Positions 49,115-57,154 of a stretch of DNA of 62,794 nucleotides are shown here, piece after piece (position 1 is the stretch's first letter; the number at the start of each line of letters is the position of its first letter). The stretch comes from Candidatus Undinarchaeales archaeon (GTDB taxonomy: Archaea; SpSt-1190; JASMDC01), in NCBI GenBank assembly GCA_030753015.1, contig JASMDC010000022.1:1-62794 (forward strand). Reading direction: 5' to 3'. The position numbers and the translations under genes were made by a program. Below the pieces are notes generated by a model that was given only the letters and a program-made list of their open reading frames with translations, ran no database searches and was not told the origin of the DNA.

Positions 49115-50113
49115 TCAGGCGGTCGTCTCGTTATTCTCCACACCAAGTGCCATGAGCGTTTCCCCTTCATCGATCTCATGGTCCCATGGAGGATTGGCAT
49201 TGATGGCGTCCTTGGCCTTGATCCCGACGATGATTATATTGCGCTCCTTCTTCAGTTCGGTCAGGAGCTCGCCGAATGTACCCGCATGGGGCGACGGGAA
49301 CTCGAACACGTCGTTACCGAAGGAAGAGGTGGACAGCTCCTCGAAGAGCCGGGTCACACCGTCCTCGAACACGAAGCTCGCCAGGAGGCGGCCGCCGAAG
49401 GATGAGGAATTGACGACCAGGGCTCCGGCCTGCTTCATGAGCTCGCCGTTACCCTCGTCAAGTGCCTCGGCAACTATCTGGATATCCTTGTTGATGCGGC
49501 GCAATAGAAGGATGGTAATGATGGTCCGTGAGTCGTCACCGGTGGACACGAGCCCGAAGTCGGCTTTGGCGCCAGCGGCCTTGCGTAGCACGTTCTCCTT
49601 CCAGTAATCACCCTTGACGTGTAGCACCTCGTCGGAAGTGTCCTCAACTGAACCGGGATCGACGATCACAACCGGCCGCGGATCGTTGGCCCGCAACTCC
49701 CTGAGGGTTGACTTGGCTGTCTCGTTCCATCCACAGATGACTATATGGTTCTCCCAGTCGCATCGCTCCATTCCTAAAAGCCTCCTTACGTTACGTGTGA
49801 CAATGAACTCGAACAGGGCGCTCGCGGCCACTGCAAAGGCCGATATACCAAGGATGGCGAATACCACCGTGATCATACGCCCCTCGGATGTCACGGGGTA
49901 GATGTCGCCGTACCCGATTGTCGACATGGTGATGACCCCCCAGTAAAGGGCGTCCTCCCGGCTCTTGATCATGTCGTTTTCCCCATGCTCGAAGTAGTAG
50001 ATGCCCACCACACCTAACATGTAGATGAGGACCACTGCGAGCACGAGCCATATGGCGCGGTTGCCACCCTCGAGAAGGCTCTTGTACAAGTGCCTGAACA
50101 TCCTCACGAGCAT
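49115..50113 (-). CDS. Two-TM potassium channel with RCK domain (MthK-like)
   Basis: TIGYGD selectivity filter, HIVICGW RCK domain and TrkA-C tail. Confidence 0.93.
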   Translation of the reverse strand: MLVRMFRHLYKSLLEGGNRAIWLVLAVVLIYMLGVVGIYYFEHGENDMIKSREDALYWGVITMSTIGYGDIYPVTSEGRMITVVFAILGISAFAVAASALFEFIVTRNVRRLLGMERCDWENHIVICGWNETAKSTLRELRANDPRPVVIVDPGSVEDTSDEVLHVKGDYWKENVLRKAAGAKADFGLVSTGDDSRTIITILLLRRINKDIQIVAEALDEGNGELMKQAGALVVNSSSFGGRLLASFVFEDGVTRLFEELSTSSFGNDVFEFPSPHAGTFGELLTELKKERNIIIVGIKAKDAINANPPWDHEIDEGETLMALGVENNETTA

Positions 50114-50216
50114 GCTGCCTCCCCTTCCAGGGGAACGCACTTAAAGATTCCTTCGCGGCCTGGGCGCGGGCGCCATCCGTAGCCAATATAAAGATGGTGC
50201 GCTCCCAAGAAAGAAG

Positions 50217-52025
50217 ATGGCCGGAAGGGGAGAGCTCCGTGGTCCATGGGACACTGCTCCCGTCCTGCTCTTCATCCTTATCCTGCTCCTCCACGGCCTC
50301 CTGGTAAATCCGAGCCTCTCGCTCAGGTTCTCCAATGAGGATGTTAACTGGCTGCTGGCCATTACCGGTCTGGCACGGGAATCCGTCATCGACGATGCGC
50401 AGGGTGTGTGCACTACCATACCCTTCCCGACCATGCCTGATGCCACACCCACGTCCATGGAGCGGGTGGGGGTTCCGGCGATGGCGGCGCCGCTGTTACT
50501 GTTCTTCGGCACCTTTGGCCTGCGTCTGGTCCACGGTCTCGGTGTGGCGACGGCCGCCCTGCTCACGTACGTCCTCGCGCTGCGGGTGGGCCGCAGCCGC
50601 AGTATTGCCCTCGTGTGCATGGCCTTGGTCGCCCTCCACCCTACCATCCTGTTCTGGGAGCACCTCGGTGATCCCTCAACGACTGCGGTAGTGCCCCGAC
50701 CTTTCCATTCCAATCGCCCCGTTCTCCTCCTGGTCACGTCCCTCCTCGCTACGCTGGTGCTCCGGGAAAGGCCCTCGGTGCGTACAGCGCTGGCAATGGG
50801 GATTGTGTATGGTGCCGCGTGCGGGGTGTTGCACATCCTCATGGTGCTCGCAGTTCCCATCCTGTGGTGGCTCGCGCACGCATCACGAAGGGAGCACGCA
50901 CTTCTGGCGTTCGCGTTGGGCACGGTCATTACCGTCATCCCTTGGATGTTGTGGTACCAGTCCATGTGCGGGAGCGTGTTCGTCCATCCTACCCAGGGAT
51001 GCATCCTCTTCTGTGATCCCACATACTACCGCGATGAGGTATTGTGTGACCGTTCACGTATGACATCCGCTGATGGCGAGGAACAGGTGCACCCCCAGCG
51101 GATCGGGAGCACGACATTCCCTTTCCATGGGAGATTGAACTTTCAGAGCGGCATCATCAGGACACCGGGTTACCCCTACCCGGCGTTCGTGCTCGCGTTC
51201 CTGCGCATCCTGGCATGGCTCGGGGTGCCTCTGACCGCGATGGCCCTGACCGGGATCGGTGATAAGGAGCGGCGATGGATGCTCATGGCCGCTTTGTTGT
51301 GGTTCGCGACCTACTTCATCGTTCTCGCGCCCCAGGAGAGCTGGGACTGGGACAAGGAGCGCCTCTTCCTTCCCTTCATCCCACCCGTGGTCGTGTTCCT
51401 CACCATAGGGACCTCACGCGTTCTGCATGAACCACACCGACTGTGGCACGTTATAGGGGTCGCCATCGCCCTGGTCGCAGTACTGACCCTCCTCGCCGGA
51501 GTCGAGGTGGCTCCCGATCCCACGTGGCAGCTCCTCTTCCCCCGTGAGCACCATGCTCCCGTCCTGTACGCTCGCGAGCGGCGTATCGCCGAAGTGCGGG
51601 CAGAGGTCACGACCCCACGGATCCTGCCCGTCGTCGCGCGTACGTCCACGTTCGGTCTCAATGGTCCCGCTCGCCACGAGCTCACACCACTCGCTGCGTT
51701 CGAGGATCCGGCTCTCCGCCCCGGTATCGACAGCATCTCACAGCTTCCAGAGGGAGCGGTCGCCCTTATCCAAGGGGACGTGGACCTGGTCCAGGCCGCG
51801 ACACAACGGTGCGCCATCCCTCTTGCGGCGTCGGTCTCGCCAGCATCACCCCGGTTCGTGCTGGACGTCGGACACGTCCGCGACACACTTTGCACCATGC
51901 AGAAGGTCTACCTCTTCACATCGGAGCCCGTAGGCGACCTCGATGAGTCCGTAATCCTTGGTGAAGAGGTAAATGGCGGACATCTCCTGACGCTCACGCC
52001 AGATGCCCGGGAGCGCTACTGCTGA
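50217..52025 (+). CDS. Polytopic membrane protein, GT-C-like
   Basis: 10+ TMs, A...ALHP, RLFLP and extracellular loops with Cys pairs. Confidence 0.55.
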   Translation: MAGRGELRGPWDTAPVLLFILILLLHGLLVNPSLSLRFSNEDVNWLLAITGLARESVIDDAQGVCTTIPFPTMPDATPTSMERVGVPAMAAPLLLFFGTFGLRLVHGLGVATAALLTYVLALRVGRSRSIALVCMALVALHPTILFWEHLGDPSTTAVVPRPFHSNRPVLLLVTSLLATLVLRERPSVRTALAMGIVYGAACGVLHILMVLAVPILWWLAHASRREHALLAFALGTVITVIPWMLWYQSMCGSVFVHPTQGCILFCDPTYYRDEVLCDRSRMTSADGEEQVHPQRIGSTTFPFHGRLNFQSGIIRTPGYPYPAFVLAFLRILAWLGVPLTAMALTGIGDKERRWMLMAALLWFATYFIVLAPQESWDWDKERLFLPFIPPVVVFLTIGTSRVLHEPHRLWHVIGVAIALVAVLTLLAGVEVAPDPTWQLLFPREHHAPVLYARERRIAEVRAEVTTPRILPVVARTSTFGLNGPARHELTPLAAFEDPALRPGIDSISQLPEGAVALIQGDVDLVQAATQRCAIPLAASVSPASPRFVLDVGHVRDTLCTMQKVYLFTSEPVGDLDESVILGEEVNGGHLLTLTPDARERYC

Positions 52026-53185
52026 TCTCGATCATCCGGTGACGGGGGGGACACGAGTCCCGCTATGAGCCCCATCAACAAGGGTGTACCGAAGATCACG
52101 TGGCGGTAACCGATGTAATGGCCCGCGAGCGGCATGTACAGGACCACGGCCGCAAGTTGGAACGCGAGAAGTGCCAAGGGCCCTGTGAGGAATGCCTGTC
52201 GCAGGCCCTGTCTGACAACTATGATGGCAAGAACGAGCAGGGCTGGGAGGCCGGTGATGTACATCGTCTGAGCTACGGTGGCCGGGAGGAACTGCTCGAC
52301 AGCGCTTGAAGCACCGACCTCGGCCAGGCCCCGGTGGAAATGGCGGGCGAAGCAGGGAAGGTATCCCTCACAACCGCGGTACATGAGGTCGAGGGATTTG
52401 GCATGCTCGATGTTCGTGGTCACTGCAGGGAGCACGGGGAGGAGCACCAGTATCGGCCACAGCAATCGGACGTCGAAGGGACGTGACCGCAGTGTACGGA
52501 ACAAGAAAAGTGACAGGTAGAGGATGACGTTGGTAGGCCGGCCCAGGAGGAAGAGGCTCGCAGCCACGATCAATCCTTGTCGGTGACGTGCACCCTCGGC
52601 CTCGTAAGCGATGAAGCGGTCCAGCACAAGGAAATAGAAGAAGAGGTTGACCGACTCGGACATGAGCGTGAATCCCCGGAGGGGGAGTGGCGAGAGCACC
52701 ATCCATCCCAGCACCGCTGTCCGCGCGGGGCGACCAAGGCCCAACCGACCCAGGATCCGCCATACAAGGAAGAAAGTCCCCGCCATGAGGGCGAGATTGA
52801 TGGCGACCATGGCGTTAAGCGATCGCGTCGGACAGTAGAGCGGCGCTACTGTCAGCGGGAAGAGGATGAATGGGACGCGGTAGTGATGCCAGTCAAACCG
52901 ACCACTGCACACCATCTCGGTGGCCTCCAGGTACGACACGGTATCGGGTGTGTAGACGTACCAGGACCTGATGATCAGATAAATGCGAGTGCTCGGATAT
53001 CGGCGCATGGGCGACTCGATTAAGATCGTACCGTTCTCCCACCGGGGCGGAGCGGACATGAGATCCTCGTCCGCTGGTGTGAGCTCCAGGGCGTTGGCCC
53101 GGAGGTCGGTCAGCGTACCGGCGTGATAGGGGATGGCGAGCAGCACCACTAGAAGGGCCGCTGCGAGGTCACGTCGGACGGCCAC
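52016..53185 (-). CDS. Polytopic membrane protein, GT-C-like
   Basis: PDTVSY acidic first loop, FP, MSES, RP and YRH patterns. Confidence 0.6.
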   Translation of the reverse strand: MAVRRDLAAALLVVLLAIPYHAGTLTDLRANALELTPADEDLMSAPPRWENGTILIESPMRRYPSTRIYLIIRSWYVYTPDTVSYLEATEMVCSGRFDWHHYRVPFILFPLTVAPLYCPTRSLNAMVAINLALMAGTFFLVWRILGRLGLGRPARTAVLGWMVLSPLPLRGFTLMSESVNLFFYFLVLDRFIAYEAEGARHRQGLIVAASLFLLGRPTNVILYLSLFLFRTLRSRPFDVRLLWPILVLLPVLPAVTTNIEHAKSLDLMYRGCEGYLPCFARHFHRGLAEVGASSAVEQFLPATVAQTMYITGLPALLVLAIIVVRQGLRQAFLTGPLALLAFQLAAVVLYMPLAGHYIGYRHVIFGTPLLMGLIAGLVSPPSPDDRDQQ

Positions 53186-53194
53186 ATCCCCCGC

Positions 53195-54007
53195 CTATCC
53201 GCCAGGTACCTCGGGCTCAAATACCAGGCGGTCGATACCCATGGCCTCCAACTCCGTCTCCGAGGGGACGTCCTTGTTGTAGTAGAACTGGGTGTTGCCC
53301 TTGAGCCTTAGCTCCACAGGAACGGTCGGATGTGTGAGCCGGAACGTGTAGGTCTCGCACTCGCGTCCGCAAGGGAATATGCCCACGCGGTCCACCTTCT
53401 CCGGCTGATCACAGGCGTTCGTAAGACAAAGGCGCGTGGTCGTGACATAGACCCATGGCTCGTACAGGGTCCCGCTCAGTTTGACATCGGGGAAATCCAG
53501 ATTTACATCGAGCCCCTGGAGCGGCCAGTCGAGCTCGATGCGTCCGATGCGTCTTTCGCTCAGGAACCGGCGAACAATAGGCACAGTAATCCCCAGGCGC
53601 CGGAAGTGGTCCACCATGGCATCGGGCACTTTGCCCTTGAGAAGGGAGAGCCGGGGGCCACGCTTCTGGCGCGTTATGAGCCGACCGAAAACCGGTACGA
53701 GAGCGTCGAACCGGTCGTTGATCATCCGAAGTGTACCCCAATCGTTGATGACCACCTCGCTCCCAGGTCGACGCGCGACCATGAGGGCGAACAGTGGCTC
53801 CAGCATGTCGAGCCCCGCGTCAGTGACATATGGGGTGAGGAGAGTTAGGTCCAACTTTCGTTCCTCGCAAAGGTCGAGCACGCTCCCAAGCTCCTTTGCA
53901 GTGGGAATGAGGTTCTGGCAGAACTCGGCACCGAAGTACACCCGTGTGTACTTGTCCTCCAGGTCGTTTGTATGGTCGGTCCGTGAGAGATAGAGCGCGT
54001 GTTCCAT
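53195..54007 (-). CDS. U32-related partner protein (UbiV-like)
   Basis: VYFGAEFC, EVVINDWG and TRLC...C...PCGREC Cys motif; follows the U32 gene by 5 nt. Confidence 0.65.
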   Translation of the reverse strand: MEHALYLSRTDHTNDLEDKYTRVYFGAEFCQNLIPTAKELGSVLDLCEERKLDLTLLTPYVTDAGLDMLEPLFALMVARRPGSEVVINDWGTLRMINDRFDALVPVFGRLITRQKRGPRLSLLKGKVPDAMVDHFRRLGITVPIVRRFLSERRIGRIELDWPLQGLDVNLDFPDVKLSGTLYEPWVYVTTTRLCLTNACDQPEKVDRVGIFPCGRECETYTFRLTHPTVPVELRLKGNTQFYYNKDVPSETELEAMGIDRLVFEPEVPGG

Positions 54008-54012
54008 GTCAG

Positions 54013-54987
54013 TTACACCGCCGTCGGGTAGTAGCAGCGCCGTCCGCAGGGGAAGCCATACACCTCTGCATATCGCGCCATCACCCGTTCGATATAGTCA
54101 TTCTTGGTAAGTCCCTCTGACAGCAGGTCACGGGCCCACGCGATAAGGGATAGGTCGCGCAGCTTCCGCTCCGTGTCGTGGATGCGCCCGATGATCTTGA
54201 CACTGTCCATACCGATACGGTCCAGTTCCCAGATCGCGCATGCACCGCAGTAGTGGCATGTGCCCTCTGTGAGCAGTGACTTCCAGCCCTGATAGTGCTT
54301 TCTTGCGGTCTCAGCCCCAGGTCCATGCGCTTTCACCTCATAGGTGAGGCGGCATGCGTGGCATCCATCGGCGCCAAGATAGAGATCGGGATAGCCTTCC
54401 ACGTTCAATGCGTGCTGGAACGTGCAGAGTCCGTCGATGAAACTGCACAGGGCGTTGATGATGAACATCTCAAGCTCCAAAGAGGTGGACGCGCGCAGGC
54501 GTTCCAGCTCCGAGAGGGTGAAGTGGCGAGGGAGGACCAGACGCGCGGCACCGAGCTCCTCGTACAAGCGTGCAGTTCGCGAGTTGAAGGTGGTCCCCAC
54601 GGTGCTCACGTGCAACCGGGCGGGGATCCCCTGCTCGCGCAGGGTGAGCATAAGCCCAATGTCCCCAACGATGAGCGCGTCGATCCCCTGATCCAAGGCC
54701 CGCTCCAGCTCATTGAGCACCACTGGATACTGCTCTTGTGTGTAGTACTGGGCGTTCATTGTGAGGTTCACGGGTGCGCCACGCTCGTGTGCCCGCTCGA
54801 TGGCCTTGCCCAGTTCCTCGGCAGTGGCGAAGTTGGACTGCGGCCATTCCCGGCGGTTGATGGGAGAGCAGTGGGAGAACCGCTCCTTCCATGCGGCCGG
54901 AAGGAGCCCCGCATAGAACTCGTTGGCCCCGGCATCGACGAGAGCGTCCACCTCAGAGGCCGTATTGAGGGGCGAGACGATGCGCAT
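54013..54987 (-). CDS. Peptidase U32 family Fe-S protein (UbiU/RlhA/TrhP-like)
   Basis: GANEFYAG, DALIVGD, H.ST, R.VLPR, ELEMF, Cx6C and S.KI.GR motifs. Confidence 0.9.
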   Translation of the reverse strand: MRIVSPLNTASEVDALVDAGANEFYAGLLPAAWKERFSHCSPINRREWPQSNFATAEELGKAIERAHERGAPVNLTMNAQYYTQEQYPVVLNELERALDQGIDALIVGDIGLMLTLREQGIPARLHVSTVGTTFNSRTARLYEELGAARLVLPRHFTLSELERLRASTSLELEMFIINALCSFIDGLCTFQHALNVEGYPDLYLGADGCHACRLTYEVKAHGPGAETARKHYQGWKSLLTEGTCHYCGACAIWELDRIGMDSVKIIGRIHDTERKLRDLSLIAWARDLLSEGLTKNDYIERVMARYAEVYGFPCGRRCYYPTAV

Positions 54988-55026
54988 ACTACCTGCTCCC
55001 TAAGAATGGTCCTTTAAAAAAGGTTC

Positions 55027-56385
55027 TTATTGGACGTCCCCGGCGCCCGTGATCGCGTCACGTTCGCGCTGGAGGTTGTCGTCGGCGGTGGTCGCGATGC
55101 CAGTGAGGGAGACGTTACCACCCTGGCAGAATCCGGTATTGGCCAGGTCATAGGTGAGCATGTCGCATGGGCTCCCGAACCCGACTACTAGCACACCTCC
55201 GCTCCCACCGGACACGGCCACGGTACCGCCGGTGACCAGGGAGAGGAGCTGGCGCCACAGCAGTCGCACGGCCCGTAACCCGCCACGAGTGAGAAACGCC
55301 CGACCGAGAGCGGCCAATAGAAATGGAGTGGCGAACCAGGAGCCACCAACCACACGTTCACGGTAGGTGTCCAAGGACGGTTCGAGGGCAGCGAGGTCCA
55401 CGAGGTGGGGCAAGGGAATGAAACCACGCCCGGGCTCCCGCACCAGGATGATGTGGTGGTTGTAGAAGCAGTTGAGCCGTCCCAGCACATGGTAGAGTGC
55501 GAAGAACAGCCGCTGGAACCGGTAGAGATCGCGAAGAGTGAACTGCCCGTCCGTTTGTTCTTCGAGTAGCAGCGCGAGTTCATCGTTCGTAAGGGCTATC
55601 TCGTTCTCCCGACGGGCCCGGCCGAGACGTGTGAGCGAACGGAATCCCACAGCGCGAATGAAAGGACGGTCCACGGCATACCGGAGTATATCCCCCAGCT
55701 CACCTTCGTTGATCCCGCGCGCTACGGCCACCTCGAGCACGGTAGGGACCTTACGCGCCTCAATTGCGGAGAGCACTTCTTCGTGGAGGGCGGCCAGCCT
55801 TTCTCCACGCAGGCGTTCCAGCGACGCGTCGTCGAACGAATCGAACTGGAGGCGTACCTCAGATAGGCCCGCCACCAGAAGGTCGTCGAGATAGCCAGGT
55901 TCAATGAGCCGCTTCCCGTTTGTAAAGAGCACGGGGAGGTTCCCTGACTTCCGCACACGGCGAACGATATCCACAAGATCATCCCGAAGCGTGGGCTCAC
56001 CACCGAACAGATTGATTTGGACACCCCGAACCTTGGACAGAAAGTCGTCCACATCCTTCCCGGTCATCTCGCTACCTTCATCCCCTCCATTTACCGAACA
56101 GATAGGACAGCGCATGTTGCATCGCATGGTGAGGAAGAGGTTGTACACCGGAAAATCATAGTCGTCCGTTACGGGTGCCTCACCGTTCAGGGTAAAGAAG
56201 TCACGGGACAGTCCTTCCTGGTACCATGGCTCCACTCCGACCTGAGCCCGGATCGTCCCATGATCAGGGCACTCCCGGACCAGCCAGACCCGACCGTCGT
56301 CCTCGCGGACCTCGGCCTCGAGCTCTCGCAGACAGGTGGGACATACGCTCCTTGTCGTGCGGAAGACCTTACCCAAAGAACTCAC
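55027..56385 (-). CDS. Radical SAM protein, MJ0619/Tes-like architecture
   Basis: N-terminal TRSVCPTC...CPDHG metal site, CNMRCPIC, GGEPT, TNG and LQFD motifs. Start is GTG 56385 or TTG 56376. Confidence 0.85.
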   Translation of the reverse strand: MSSLGKVFRTTRSVCPTCLRELEAEVREDDGRVWLVRECPDHGTIRAQVGVEPWYQEGLSRDFFTLNGEAPVTDDYDFPVYNLFLTMRCNMRCPICSVNGGDEGSEMTGKDVDDFLSKVRGVQINLFGGEPTLRDDLVDIVRRVRKSGNLPVLFTNGKRLIEPGYLDDLLVAGLSEVRLQFDSFDDASLERLRGERLAALHEEVLSAIEARKVPTVLEVAVARGINEGELGDILRYAVDRPFIRAVGFRSLTRLGRARRENEIALTNDELALLLEEQTDGQFTLRDLYRFQRLFFALYHVLGRLNCFYNHHIILVREPGRGFIPLPHLVDLAALEPSLDTYRERVVGGSWFATPFLLAALGRAFLTRGGLRAVRLLWRQLLSLVTGGTVAVSGGSGGVLVVGFGSPCDMLTYDLANTGFCQGGNVSLTGIATTADDNLQRERDAITGAGDVQ

Positions 56386-56480
56386 CGTGCCGACGCGGGC
56401 TCGGGCAAAACATAAAAACACGATGGGAGCCGGGCCAAGGCGCTGGCTGGGATGGCGGAACGATGCCTGACCTAGATGGT

Positions 56481-56996
56481 CTAGTAAGCCTGACAGCTGC
56501 CCTCGAGTCGAGTTATATAGGAGTTGATCTCCTCGATCTGGAAGCAATTGTCGTGCTGTCGAAGGGCAGTACCACAATCAGTGCACACGAAATCGTTCTC
56601 GAAAGCGTTCTCGAAGGTTGTTTTGGTACAGCCGCTCTCACATCGGAAAAAGTGGTTGCCGCGCTCGTAGTCGAGCCGACGCCGGAGTAGATCAAGGGTC
56701 ATGTTCCGCCTCGTCTCCACCAGCTGATGCAGCCGGTCCTGTTGCAGGGTCCAATGGTATACGTACCAGCCATTGGCCTCTCGCTCTTTGCGGAAGCTTA
56801 CGACCTTCTGATTGTATAGACGATAGAGGATGCCTCGGATGACTGACTCCGGAATGCCTACCGCCGCAGCAAGGTCAACCTCGGACATCTCGTCCGCGGT
56901 TAGAAGCTTTCTTACCACCTCGATGGCCCGGATTCCACCATATCCCGCAATGGTGTCCACCAGAATTGGTTCTCGCAACATGTCCACATCTCTCAC
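56481..56996 (-). CDS. tfe: Transcription factor E alpha
   Basis: wHTH with R.ILY.L and GW..Y.W; Zn ribbon F.C...C...FE.A....F.C..CG. Confidence 0.93.
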   Translation of the reverse strand: MRDVDMLREPILVDTIAGYGGIRAIEVVRKLLTADEMSEVDLAAAVGIPESVIRGILYRLYNQKVVSFRKEREANGWYVYHWTLQQDRLHQLVETRRNMTLDLLRRRLDYERGNHFFRCESGCTKTTFENAFENDFVCTDCGTALRQHDNCFQIEEINSYITRLEGSCQAY

Positions 56997-57154
56997 CTGG
57001 ACAGACCTTAGAGGAACTCGTTGGTTATATAGTTTTTGGAAAGAATGGGCTTATTAACCTTTAATAAGCCGTGAAACGGACGATTTGGCCGTTTTTCTCG
57101 ATTTACAGCACGCTATGGAAATATTTTTAATGACGTAGGTTATCGACAGGTTAA

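Noticed and set aside
49115-50113. K+ channel as part of the tailoring cluster
   Set aside because: It is oriented opposite to both flanking genes and is a common stand-alone family; likely a passenger.
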